Assembly: GCA_964508875.1 (NCBI GenBank) | Contig: CAZDVV010000002.1 | Coordinates: 1 to 57,856 of the forward strand | Reading direction: 5' to 3' | DNA length: 57,856 nucleotides | Source of the DNA: an uncultured Desulfobacteraceae bacterium | GTDB lineage: Bacteria; Desulfobacterota; DSM-4660; Desulfatiglandales; Desulfatiglandaceae | Part shown: in pieces, positions 8,457 to 17,683 of the stretch | Layout of the letters: each line of letters starts with the position of its first letter | How positions within the stretch are numbered: the first letter of the stretch is position 1 | Notes under the pieces: generated by a model | Database searches by the model: none | What the model was told of the DNA's origin: nothing | The model's input: the letters and a program-made list of their open reading frames with translations, nothing else | Made by a program: the position numbers and the translations under genes

Positions 8457-9788
8457 ATGGAAGAAAGTGAATACTGGAATCCATTTTTGGAGACATTGCC
8501 ACCAGAAAAGATTCGCTCACTGCAGTTAGAAAAATTCCAGCGAATCTTTAGATGGACATATGATCATTCAAGGTTTCATCGGAGCCTGTATGAGAGAGCG
8601 GGTATCCGTCCGGAAGATATCCGCTCTTTTGATGATATCCGCCATGTTCCAACTGTGGAAAAATCGATGATGCGCGATATTCAGCGCAAGGCCCCTTTCC
8701 CCTATGGTGATGCCCTATGCGTTCCTCTTGAAGAGGTTACCGAATTCCGCCAGACGAGCGGGACAACCGGGCAGCCTGTGTATCAGCCAGACACGTGGCA
8801 GGACTGGGAGTGGTGGGCGGAGTGTTGGGCTTTTATATTGTGGGCCCAAGGGTATCGTCCATCTGATAGGGTATTTATTCCTTTTGGATACAACGTCTTT
8901 GTCGCCTTTTGGGCAGGCCATTACGGTGCTGAGAAAATCGGCTGTGAGGTGGTGCCCGGGGGGGTGCTTGACACAAAGGCCCGGATCCTGAAGATACAAG
9001 AATTGAGGCCTACTGCCATGATGGCGACACCCACCTATGTGCTGGGAATGGCGGATACTGCCAGAAACAAGATGGGGCTGAATCCAGCTGAGATGAGCAT
9101 TGAAAAAATAACCTGCGCGGGAGAGCCGGGTGCCAGTATTCCCACTACCAAGAGGCGTATGGAACAGGCCTGGGGTGCAAAGGCATATGACCATGCAGGC
9201 GCCACAGAGATCGGGGCATGGTCATTTGAGTGTACGGCCCAGCCCGGTGGCCTTCATGTGAACGAGGCCTTTTTCTTAGTGGAGATAGTGGACGTGGACA
9301 CGGGCGAGCTCATTGAAGATCCTGGCAAAAAGGGCAAGATGGTCATCACCGCATTTGATCGCGTTGCTCAACCATGTGTGAGGTTTGACTCCAAAGACAT
9401 TATTGAGTGGGCGGAAGAACCATGCCCGTGCGGTAGAACTTTCAGGCTTATCAAAGGTGGTGTCATAGGAAGGGCAGATGATATCACAAAGGTAAAGGGC
9501 GTACTTTTGGCTCCTTCTGCCATAGAAGAAGTGGTAAGGGGTATTGACGGGCTTGCAGATGAGTATGAGGTCGTGGTGGAAAAACGAGGTGACATGGACC
9601 ATATTACCCTCAAGGTGGAGCTATTGCCCGGGCGGGAGTCGGCCAAAGAAAAAATTGAGGCTGAGCTAAAGGATCAACTCAGGCTCAAGACCAACCTGGG
9701 TTATCATCTGGAATTTCATGAATATGGTACTCTTCCGAGATACGAGGTAAAGGCGAGACGTTTCAAAGACATGAGGAAAGGCCATTGA
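8457..9788 (+). CDS. Phenylacetate-CoA ligase family (PaaK-like) adenylate-forming enzyme
   Basis: 443 aa of PaaK / coenzyme F390 synthetase type (SGTTGQP P-loop-like motif, GEPG, a C-terminal RADD.TKVKGV region). Confidence 0.8.
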   Translation: MEESEYWNPFLETLPPEKIRSLQLEKFQRIFRWTYDHSRFHRSLYERAGIRPEDIRSFDDIRHVPTVEKSMMRDIQRKAPFPYGDALCVPLEEVTEFRQTSGTTGQPVYQPDTWQDWEWWAECWAFILWAQGYRPSDRVFIPFGYNVFVAFWAGHYGAEKIGCEVVPGGVLDTKARILKIQELRPTAMMATPTYVLGMADTARNKMGLNPAEMSIEKITCAGEPGASIPTTKRRMEQAWGAKAYDHAGATEIGAWSFECTAQPGGLHVNEAFFLVEIVDVDTGELIEDPGKKGKMVITAFDRVAQPCVRFDSKDIIEWAEEPCPCGRTFRLIKGGVIGRADDITKVKGVLLAPSAIEEVVRGIDGLADEYEVVVEKRGDMDHITLKVELLPGRESAKEKIEAELKDQLRLKTNLGYHLEFHEYGTLPRYEVKARRFKDMRKGH

Positions 9789-9988
9789 CGGAGATGCACA
9801 CTATGCCAGTTGATAGCGAAGCAAAAGAGATCGCCCGTCTCATCGATGAACTGAAAAAGACGGCCCTTGAGATCCATGAAAAATTCCGCTCAGTGCCTGC
9901 GGCACGCAGAAACACGGCAAGGATCTTGGCCAGCATTAAGATGCTGGAACTGAATTTCTCTGACCTATTGGCCCTTGATGAGTCCTAG
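9785..9988 (+). CDS. Small hypothetical protein (67 aa), translationally coupled to the CoA ligase
   Basis: The TTG start overlaps the ligase TGA (TTGA). GAGGAAAGG lies upstream, and an alternative ATG is at 9794. It is predicted helical and I recognise no family. Confidence 0.4.
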   Translation: MTEMHTMPVDSEAKEIARLIDELKKTALEIHEKFRSVPAARRNTARILASIKMLELNFSDLLALDES

Positions 9989-10020
9989 CGCGAATTTCTA
10001 AGATTGATCCGGCTTACAAA

Positions 10021-11622
10021 TCAGGCCATTTCTCGCAGCTCTTCGGTCACATATTGAATCCTTTCCACATCCTCTTCTGTTAACTTGCTTTGCCACTGCT
10101 CCGATGCCACCAGCTTTTTTAACTCCCTAATCTGTTTTTCCAGATCTACTATTGCATTGAACATCAGGGTCGGAATGTCCGCTATGGTCTCCTTTTCTTC
10201 GGCAGGCTCTACCATTACCTCTCTCGGCTTAAGCACCAGTCGTTCCTTCCATTTGGGAATATGGACATCCAGATTAAACCGCTTTCGTATGAGCTCTGCA
10301 AGGGCCTGGCTTGAGGCCGGTTCTCCATGTACAACAAATACTTTTGGACTGGATTCAAAGTGGGAGATCCACTCAAGAAGATCATCCTGGTCAGCATGGG
10401 CGGAAAAGCCTCCGATTGTGAACACCCGGGCGTTTACCGCCACGTTTTCTCTAAATATCTTTACCCTTTTTGCACCCTCCACGATTTTCCTGCCCGTTGT
10501 ACCCATGGCCTGATATCCGACTATTACTATGCTTGCCCCTTGACGCCATAAGTTATGCTTGAGATGATGCTTTATTCTTCCAGCAGTGCACATTCCATTG
10601 GCAGCTATCACTATGGCACTACCTTGTGTTTCATTAATCTGGATGGATTCCTGGGTAGTGAGGGTAAACCTAAGATTGGGCATGTTAAAAGGATCATAGC
10701 CCTTATCCACAATGGCCTGGGCTTCTTCATCATAGCACTTCTTATTCTTGCGGAATACCTCTGTGGCCTTGATGGCAAGAGGACTGTCGAGATAAATGGG
10801 TATATTTGGCAGAAGGCCTGCCCGGTCAAACTCTCCCAGAATATACAGTATCTCCTGTGTCCTTTCCACTGCAAAGGCGGGGATGATTATTTTTTCTCCT
10901 TGGCTGTAACTATACTGTATGGCATCAAGCAATTCTGCCTTGCTGTCATCAAAAGACTTATGCTTCCTGTTTCCATATGTGGATTCAACAAACAGGTAAT
11001 CGGCGTCAAAGATTTCATGCGGATCTTTCACAATGAGCTGGTGCTTTCTGCCTAGGTCTCCAGAAAACACAAGTTTTGTCTTTTCCCCATTTTCTTGTAT
11101 CCATAGCTCTAAAATGGAAGAGCCCAAAATATGTCCGGCATTGCGCAGCCTGATCTTCACTCCTGGCTCTATCCTAATAACTTTGTCCCTATCCACGGCC
11201 TTGAGATGACCGAGGGTAGCCTGGGCATCTTCCGTGGTATAAAGGGGCAAGACATCAGGGCGGCCATTCCTGCGGTTTTTTCGGGTTTGCCACTCAGCAT
11301 CCATTTCCTGGATGTGGGCTGAATCCAGCAGCATGATCTCACATAGCTCTGCAGTGGGCGGGGAGGTATAAATGTTACCTTCATATCCCTCCTTGATGAG
11401 CTTTGGCAGCCTGCCGCTGTGGTCAATATGCGCATGAGTCAAAAATACGGCTTCGAGCTCTTGAGGGGAGAAACCCCACGGCCCCCAATTGCGATTTTCC
11501 ATTTGTTTTCCACCTTGAAACAGTCCGCAGTCCACCAACAGTCTCTTCCCTCCTGGGGTCTCGATAAGGTAACACGAACCCGTAACTGTGCCCGCGCCTC
11601 CTAAACATGTAACTCTGATCAT
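10021..11622 (-). CDS. Beta-CASP family metallo-beta-lactamase-fold RNA/DNA nuclease (RNase J/CPSF-like)
   Basis: HAHIDHSG motif and beta-CASP architecture. AAGGAG RBS sits 7 nt before the ATG (MIRVTCLGG). A C-terminal coiled-coil extension is present. Confidence 0.8.
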   Translation of the reverse strand: MIRVTCLGGAGTVTGSCYLIETPGGKRLLVDCGLFQGGKQMENRNWGPWGFSPQELEAVFLTHAHIDHSGRLPKLIKEGYEGNIYTSPPTAELCEIMLLDSAHIQEMDAEWQTRKNRRNGRPDVLPLYTTEDAQATLGHLKAVDRDKVIRIEPGVKIRLRNAGHILGSSILELWIQENGEKTKLVFSGDLGRKHQLIVKDPHEIFDADYLFVESTYGNRKHKSFDDSKAELLDAIQYSYSQGEKIIIPAFAVERTQEILYILGEFDRAGLLPNIPIYLDSPLAIKATEVFRKNKKCYDEEAQAIVDKGYDPFNMPNLRFTLTTQESIQINETQGSAIVIAANGMCTAGRIKHHLKHNLWRQGASIVIVGYQAMGTTGRKIVEGAKRVKIFRENVAVNARVFTIGGFSAHADQDDLLEWISHFESSPKVFVVHGEPASSQALAELIRKRFNLDVHIPKWKERLVLKPREVMVEPAEEKETIADIPTLMFNAIVDLEKQIRELKKLVASEQWQSKLTEEDVERIQYVTEELREMA

Positions 11623-11680
11623 GGCTATCTCCTTTGTGTGCCTTGAGATTTGGTCCAAATGAGTAAATTTGTATTGTGGC

Positions 11681-12751
11681 TTAGCAGTAAATCGGATAGT
11701 TGTACAGTTTTCCTTCGTAGTTTTTTATGACAAGGTGCTTTTCTTTGACGCCCTGTATGTACTGGGGCAGAAGTGGAACCTTTCCCCCTCCCCCTGGAAG
11801 ATCAATACAGTAGTGGGGCACGCATAGACCTGAGGTGTGACCAACGAGGCTGGCAATGATCTCAAGGCCCTTTTGTGGATGTGTCCAGAAATGGGCAGTG
11901 CCCCTGGCCTGGTCGCATTGGAAAAGATAATAGGGCCTGACCCTAATCGTGAGAAGTCGCTGCATGAGTTGGCGCATGGTTTCTGTGTTATCATTTACTC
12001 CTCTAAGGAGGACCGTCTGGCATCCAAGAGGGATGCCAGCATCTGCCAGTGTGGTACATGCCTTTGCGGCCTCTGAAGTGATCTCCCTGGGATGATTGAA
12101 GTGGGTATTGATATATACGGGATGAAATTTGGCTATCACGCTGGCCAAGCGTTGTGTCACCCTTTGGGGAAGGGTACAAGGTACCCGAGTGCCAATCCTG
12201 ATAATCTCGACGTGAGGAATCTTTCTCAGCGACCTCAATATATTCTCAAGCTCGGAAGTTTCGAGTAATAGAGGATCCCCTCCAGAGAGCAAAACGTCTC
12301 GCACCTCCTTATGGTCCTTTATGTAAGAGAGTCCTTCCTTTATTGTTTGCTTTGTTACAAAGCCCTGGCGGCCCACCTTTCTCTTGCGATTGCAGAACCT
12401 GCAATAGACCGCGCATTGATTGGATACTAGAAACATAACTCTATCCGGGTAGCGGTGGGTGAGTCCCGGCAGCGGTGAGTACCGCTCTTCGGCAAGGGGA
12501 TCTACCGAGCCCTGCATGTCTTCCAGCTCTCGGGGGTCAGGGACGCACTGCCTGTATATGGGATCGTCTTGAGCCGTGATCAGACCAAGGTAATATGGGT
12601 TGATTCGCATCGGAAAACGGCGGATAGTGTCTTTAATGCGCGGAATATCGCTTCCCAGCCACTGTTTGAGATCTTCGGCTGTTTCTATGCTCTGGGACAA
12701 GAACTCCTTCCAAGAAGGGACGCTGTGGCGTTTGGGAGCAGATCTGAGCAT
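11681..12751 (-). CDS. KamA family radical SAM protein (lysine 2,3-aminomutase/EpmB-like)
   Basis: CAVYCRFCNRKR radical SAM cluster motif, GGDPLL, and KamA-type sequence throughout. It lies 22 nt upstream of the beta-CASP gene on the same strand. Confidence 0.8.
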   Translation of the reverse strand: MLRSAPKRHSVPSWKEFLSQSIETAEDLKQWLGSDIPRIKDTIRRFPMRINPYYLGLITAQDDPIYRQCVPDPRELEDMQGSVDPLAEERYSPLPGLTHRYPDRVMFLVSNQCAVYCRFCNRKRKVGRQGFVTKQTIKEGLSYIKDHKEVRDVLLSGGDPLLLETSELENILRSLRKIPHVEIIRIGTRVPCTLPQRVTQRLASVIAKFHPVYINTHFNHPREITSEAAKACTTLADAGIPLGCQTVLLRGVNDNTETMRQLMQRLLTIRVRPYYLFQCDQARGTAHFWTHPQKGLEIIASLVGHTSGLCVPHYCIDLPGGGGKVPLLPQYIQGVKEKHLVIKNYEGKLYNYPIYC

Positions 12752-12910
12752 GAGTTTTCCTCTAATGCGTTGGTTCGCAAACCATAGATCAGAACGGCAG
12801 CCTTTTCAAGTTCTTATGATTTTGGACTTGCACACTGGCGTTTGCATGTTTAGATTGAGATTCGAGATATTCTGGGCAGTGTTTGACAAAGGCGATTTTG
12901 GGGGGAGAAC

Positions 12911-14740
12911 ATGGAAAAACACCACAAGTTTTCCATCTGGTACGTTCTTATAGGAATATGGATAGTTTTGCTTTTACAGCATTCTATCGTATCGATGCTT
13001 GCCATTCGCACAATTCCTTACAGTGAATTCTTGAAGCTCTTAGAACAGGGGAAAGTGACAGAGGTGGCTATCGGGACTAATCAAATTCAGGGCCGCCTTG
13101 CGGCTGACGTTTCCCCAAACGGCCGACCAATGTTTTTTCGAACAGTGAGAGTAGATCCCGAGATTGCAAAGCTATTAGCCAAATATAATGTCACATTCAA
13201 GGGAGAGGTAGAGTCCACTTTCATGAGGGATTTGCTCTCATGGATAGTGCCCATTTTTCTATTTGTTGGAGTGTGGTACTTTTTCATGAAGCGCATGACC
13301 GGTCAGCAACCCGGCTTCATGACATTAGGCAAGAGCAAGGCCAAGGTATATATGGAAGACGACTTGCAGGTAACATTTGATGATGTTGCTGGGGTGGACG
13401 AGGCCAAACAAGAGCTCATGGAGATAGTAGAGTTTCTAAAAGAGCCTCAAAAATTTGCGGAAATCGGCGGTAAAATGCCCAAAGGTGTGTTACTAGTAGG
13501 ACCTCCTGGAACCGGGAAGACTTTGCTTGCAAAGGCTGTGGCAGGTGAGAGCCATGTGCCATTTTTTAGCATGAGTGGTTCGGACTTTGTGGAGATGTTT
13601 GTGGGCCTTGGCGCTGCACGAGTGAGGGATCTCTTTGATCAAGCGAAGAAGAGGGCCCCGTGTATCATTTTCATAGATGAGCTAGATGCACTGGGAAAGG
13701 CAAGAGGAATAGGAGGCGTTGCAGGTCACGATGAAAGGGAACAAACATTAAACCAACTCTTGGTGGAGATGGATGGATTTGACCCCACGGTTGGGGTGAT
13801 CTTAATGGCTGCAACGAACAGGCCTGAGATATTGGACCCGGCACTCCTGAGACCTGGCCGCTTTGACCGGCACATACTTGTGGATAGGCCTGACAAGAAG
13901 GGGCGCGAGGAGATCCTCAAGGTGCACCTCCGCAATGTCAAGGTGGCCGATGATGTGGATGTTGAAGCCATTGCCAATATGACCTCGGGAATGGTGGGCG
14001 CAGATCTGGCAAATCTGGTCAATGAGGCGGCACTGCTGGCTGTGAGAAGAAAAAAGAAAAAGGTGACCATGAAAGAGTTTGAGGAGGCGGTAGAAAGGGT
14101 TGTTGCAGGGTTGGAGAAGAAGAATCGCCTCATCAATGAAGAAGAACGCAAGATAGTGGCTTACCACGAGGTTGGCCATGCCCTAGTGGCCCTCTCACTG
14201 CCGGGAACTGATCCAGTTAAGAAGATCTCAATAGTGCCAAGGGGAATAGCGGCCCTTGGTTATACAATGCAGGTGCCTACCGAAGACCGTTTCCTAATGA
14301 AGAAAACGGAGCTTCTCAACAAGATTGCCTCGCTGCTAGGGGGCAGGGCGGCTGAAGAGCTGATGTTCGGGGACATCTCCACGGGCGCCCACAACGATCT
14401 CGCCAGAGCCACTGATATCGCCAGATCAATGGTTAAAGAATACGGCATGAGTGAGAAGGTGGGACAGGTATATTTTGCAAGCCGGCAAAAAGCCCAGTTT
14501 CTCAATGCCCCTATGGCGGAGGGTGGAGGCGAGTATAGTGAGGCCACCGCTCAAATGATAGATAGCGAAGTACGGGAAATCGTTTCCACACAATATGAAA
14601 AGGCCAAAGAGATTCTGAAAGAAAAAAGGGAGGTACTGGTCGAAGGGGCGGAGCTGCTATTGAATAAAGAAAAGATAGAGGGTGAGGAACTCAAGGCTAT
14701 AATGGAAGCAAAAGGGTTCTCTACGGGCGCACAGTCCTGA
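12911..14740 (+). CDS. ftsH: ATP-dependent zinc metalloprotease FtsH
   Basis: N-terminal TM segments, AAA+ Walker A (GPPGTGKT), Walker B (IIFIDELD), SRH, and the HEVGHA zinc motif. Confidence 0.95.
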   Translation: MEKHHKFSIWYVLIGIWIVLLLQHSIVSMLAIRTIPYSEFLKLLEQGKVTEVAIGTNQIQGRLAADVSPNGRPMFFRTVRVDPEIAKLLAKYNVTFKGEVESTFMRDLLSWIVPIFLFVGVWYFFMKRMTGQQPGFMTLGKSKAKVYMEDDLQVTFDDVAGVDEAKQELMEIVEFLKEPQKFAEIGGKMPKGVLLVGPPGTGKTLLAKAVAGESHVPFFSMSGSDFVEMFVGLGAARVRDLFDQAKKRAPCIIFIDELDALGKARGIGGVAGHDEREQTLNQLLVEMDGFDPTVGVILMAATNRPEILDPALLRPGRFDRHILVDRPDKKGREEILKVHLRNVKVADDVDVEAIANMTSGMVGADLANLVNEAALLAVRRKKKKVTMKEFEEAVERVVAGLEKKNRLINEEERKIVAYHEVGHALVALSLPGTDPVKKISIVPRGIAALGYTMQVPTEDRFLMKKTELLNKIASLLGGRAAEELMFGDISTGAHNDLARATDIARSMVKEYGMSEKVGQVYFASRQKAQFLNAPMAEGGGEYSEATAQMIDSEVREIVSTQYEKAKEILKEKREVLVEGAELLLNKEKIEGEELKAIMEAKGFSTGAQS

Positions 14741-15428
14741 TTCCCTTTCTTATGACTTCTGTGGATCTGGGCCCACAATTGAATAGCAGGTCGAGGCACG
14801 AGAGATTGGGTAAGAATTCACCCCACAACTGGGGATACACAGGCGGTCGCGGATTAAAGAAAATCAATTCTATGCCTTCGTTTTGGAATCCCTCTTGGTC
14901 TAAGTATTTGCAGGCTGAGTTTTGCGCCAAAAAATGAGTGGCCCCCAAGAGCTTGCTTATTTCAATGGACAGCCTGGGTTCTTTGAGGCAAATTCCCAGT
15001 TCTGAAAGGCAAACTAATTTGGTCTTAATATCAAGTTGGTTCATAACATATCGGATGATTCTTATGTTTAGATCGACCAATCTTTGATCCTTTCCAGAGA
15101 ACAGGTCTTCCAGGAATGGGACGTGGTCCCTGAAGTACGGGGCATTAGCATACGCTGTGGTAAGGGAGAGAAAATCCTTCTTTGCCCATCTGCCCTCGTG
15201 GCAGATCTCCACCTCAGAGATTTTTTGAAGTCCTCGTCCTTTTTTCCATACAGGTATGGTTATCCACAATGTTCCCTGGTCGTTTTTGAAACGATTCCTT
15301 GTGAGCCAAGTAGTACCCTGAGGAAATTGAACCGAATCCATGAGCACTAGGATGTCGGATCGCAGGGCCTTTTGGAAAAATCCAGCATAAGGGGCAAAAT
15401 AGGGCTGCTGGGCTGAGACTATTTTCAT
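14721..15428 (-). CDS. WbqC family protein
   Basis: N-terminus is typical of the WbqC-like family (SAQQPYFAPYAGFF...). Its 3' end overlaps ftsH by 20 nt. Confidence 0.7.
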   Translation of the reverse strand: MKIVSAQQPYFAPYAGFFQKALRSDILVLMDSVQFPQGTTWLTRNRFKNDQGTLWITIPVWKKGRGLQKISEVEICHEGRWAKKDFLSLTTAYANAPYFRDHVPFLEDLFSGKDQRLVDLNIRIIRYVMNQLDIKTKLVCLSELGICLKEPRLSIEISKLLGATHFLAQNSACKYLDQEGFQNEGIELIFFNPRPPVYPQLWGEFLPNLSCLDLLFNCGPRSTEVIRKGIRTVRP

Positions 15429-15439
15429 TGCTATGGACC

Positions 15440-15832
15440 TCAGAAAAAGAGCCTGGGGTCTTTTGATCTTAGCTCTCGGATCTTGGACAGAACCAGGCGT
15501 TTGGCAAACTCCTTGTGGGAGAGATAGGGAATTACGTTTTTTCGCAAGAGATCTATGAATTCCTGAAAAAGCCCTTCCTTTTCCTTTTGATCAACAAAAT
15601 GCCTCTCTTGTTTGTACCTGTAAGGTATCTTGTTCCCAAAGACGCTGTGCAAGACTTGAAGAAATTTCTCCCTTTCCGGTGTTAGAGGTAGCATTTCAGG
15701 GTCCAGGGGGATGTCTACACGGGCCTCAAGGCTCACTAGCCATCTGTCGCCTGCAAGCACTCGACTGAGGTCCCAGACCTCTACCTTGATCCCGTTGTCC
15801 AGTATTATGGTGTCAACAAGTTTTTCCCGCAT
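15440..15832 (-). CDS. Hypothetical protein (130 aa)
   Basis: Uninterrupted ORF on the same strand, packed between neighbouring genes. I recognise no motif. Confidence 0.5.
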   Translation of the reverse strand: MREKLVDTIILDNGIKVEVWDLSRVLAGDRWLVSLEARVDIPLDPEMLPLTPEREKFLQVLHSVFGNKIPYRYKQERHFVDQKEKEGLFQEFIDLLRKNVIPYLSHKEFAKRLVLSKIRELRSKDPRLFF

Positions 15833-15865
15833 GGTTAGGAACAGAGCCTTACACCCTCACCCTAG

Positions 15866-15887
15866 CCCTCTCCCTCAGGGGAGAGGG
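15866..15887. repeat. GC-rich hairpin (CCCTCTCCC-TCAG-GGGAGAGGG) within a CACCCTCACCCTAGCCC context; REP-like intergenic element
   Basis: Perfect 9-bp stem seen directly in the 71-nt gap between two minus-strand genes. Confidence 0.45.
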
Positions 15888-15903
15888 TATTCATGAATGG
15901 GAA

Positions 15904-16509
15904 CTAGGTAATAGCTAGTTCAATAATTGCCTTGGAGGTGTATTCACCCAGATCAGCGAGACCATCTAAAGGCATAAACGATAGGGCATTATGAGAAAAA
16001 AGGCAAGTTGCTGAGGCAGGGAACTCCTCGTCCGGAAGGTAGAAGATATAGGCGAGGGCCACCTTTGGGAGGGGGTATAGGACAAGAGCCAGATCACCCC
16101 TTAGTTCCGCGGGTGCCTCATGGCCATTGAACCGTTGCAAAATTGTCTCACGGCCCTGTTTTATCTTCTCCACATGGGGTGTAAGTGGCGTCTCGGCGTT
16201 TGCTTTGAATGCGCCCTGGTAAGGCATACTATCTGGAAAGTCCTTGAATGCCCTGAAAGGCTCAAGCTCAATGGGTTCGTCAGATGCATGGAGCGCGTAA
16301 AGGGAAATCACAATGCCTACAGGGCCTTGCTCTGGCTCTCCGTCAAGAAAAATTCCGTTTCGTGTTAGCACGCAATCCCTTCCAAAGGCGCTAAACACGT
16401 ATGAGGCCCCTTCCCTCCTTGCACCCAAACGGCGCTCAAGCTGCGCAGGGTCAACAGAGAAGGCCCGAGATAGATTATTTTTTATGATCTTTGCGTAGTT
16501 GCTTTGCAC
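15904..16509 (-). CDS. Hypothetical protein (201 aa; possibly DUF3786-like)
   Basis: Long ORF that overlaps the end of the upstream gene by 35 nt. The family assignment is from memory only. Confidence 0.5.
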   Translation of the reverse strand: MQSNYAKIIKNNLSRAFSVDPAQLERRLGARREGASYVFSAFGRDCVLTRNGIFLDGEPEQGPVGIVISLYALHASDEPIELEPFRAFKDFPDSMPYQGAFKANAETPLTPHVEKIKQGRETILQRFNGHEAPAELRGDLALVLYPLPKVALAYIFYLPDEEFPASATCLFSHNALSFMPLDGLADLGEYTSKAIIELAIT

Positions 16510-17359
16510 CGGTTATCAGCCTCGAAACAGATACGAATTCTATTTGTGCACATAATCCGGGATACGCACTCAGAAACTGCTTTATTCCCTGAAGCGTCGT
16601 GGCAAATGGATGCCCGATCCCTATGGCCTTACCCCAACGTGTGGCCACTGCAACGAGTCTTTTCATCTCCCTGACAGTGGCCCCTGAAGTGGGACGGCAG
16701 TCCAGGAAGACATTTCTGTGGCCTGCTGACATGTGGAGTTTTTTTGCGATCTTATATGCTACTGAGCGAGGGGTTGTGAGGCTATCAATGAAAAAAAGGC
16801 CGTCTTGTCTTATGGCTTCCAGTGCCTCCTCTACCTTTTCCCTGTTTGCTGTAAACTTGGAGCCCATATGATTGTTGACACCACTGGCAGCGTTTATTTG
16901 ATGGAGGTTTGACCTGATTGTATCCTGAATCCTGGTTGCTGAAAAGTTGGTGTACACCGCGCCTGGTCCTGGATCAATATCTGGCCTGAAAGGCTCCATG
17001 GGCTGATGTAGGAGGATTTCGTGTTCGCTACACGCGATCTCTTCCATCAACTGGCGCGAAAAAGGACGAAGGGGAAGTATAGAAAAGGTGATAGGAACAG
17101 GAAGCCGAAGGAATTCCCTTGCTAGATCAAGGCTGTTACCGATATCGTCTATCACAACGGCCACCTTTGGGCGGGGGCGATTGGGTTTGTCAGGCAATGG
17201 TGGCCTCTTGGGCATGGGAAAGACCAGCTTCCACGCAGCGTGGCTAAGGCTTGGAAGAGCCAGATTGCCGGCAAGGGCAAGGAAAAAGGAGCCGCTCCTG
17301 CGAAGGAGAATTCTCCTTGTGGGATCAAGCACTTTTGCGTTTTGGGGCGCTCGGTCCAT
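16475..17359 (-). CDS. Divergent polysaccharide deacetylase family protein (YibQ-like)
   Basis: VAVVIDDIGN ... PITFSILP ... HQPMEP ... NNHMGS motifs typical of the divergent polysaccharide deacetylase family, plus an N-terminal TM/signal segment. The start is uncertain, since the ORF is open up to 17479. Confidence 0.7.
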   Translation of the reverse strand: MDRAPQNAKVLDPTRRILLRRSGSFFLALAGNLALPSLSHAAWKLVFPMPKRPPLPDKPNRPRPKVAVVIDDIGNSLDLAREFLRLPVPITFSILPLRPFSRQLMEEIACSEHEILLHQPMEPFRPDIDPGPGAVYTNFSATRIQDTIRSNLHQINAASGVNNHMGSKFTANREKVEEALEAIRQDGLFFIDSLTTPRSVAYKIAKKLHMSAGHRNVFLDCRPTSGATVREMKRLVAVATRWGKAIGIGHPFATTLQGIKQFLSAYPGLCAQIEFVSVSRLITGAKQLRKDHKK

Positions 17360-17503
17360 TTTGTGGCCTATATACAACCAATTGGGGTATGGGTCAAGAA
17401 AAAATACAATATATGGAATCTTTCCCTTGCATAGGTTTTCTGATTTTGTTATAAGGACAGACCCATAGTAACAGGGCAAAGTAACTCGTAACCTTTTGCA
17501 TGT

Positions 17504-17519
17504 GGGAACTGTTCTTGCC
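17504..17519 (+). promoter_or_regulatory. Weak sigma-54-like -24/-12 element (GGGAAC-N5-TTGCC)
   Basis: The GG and GC dinucleotides are correctly spaced and TTGC is present, but 4 mismatches to YTGGCACGRNNNTTGCW remain. It lies 165 nt upstream of the ParA-like gene. Confidence 0.25.
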
Positions 17520-17683
17520 TTATGGCTCCATTTTCCACCTGTACTAATTTACATAAGTTCAATTGAGAGGTTCATTGTTCCTTGTGGGCTAAGCCTGTTT
17601 ACACCATGCCCAGAAAGTTATTTCTTGGCATGTGTGGGGGTGACATTAATTCTTGGGAGATTTAGGAAGAAAGGGGTGAATTT

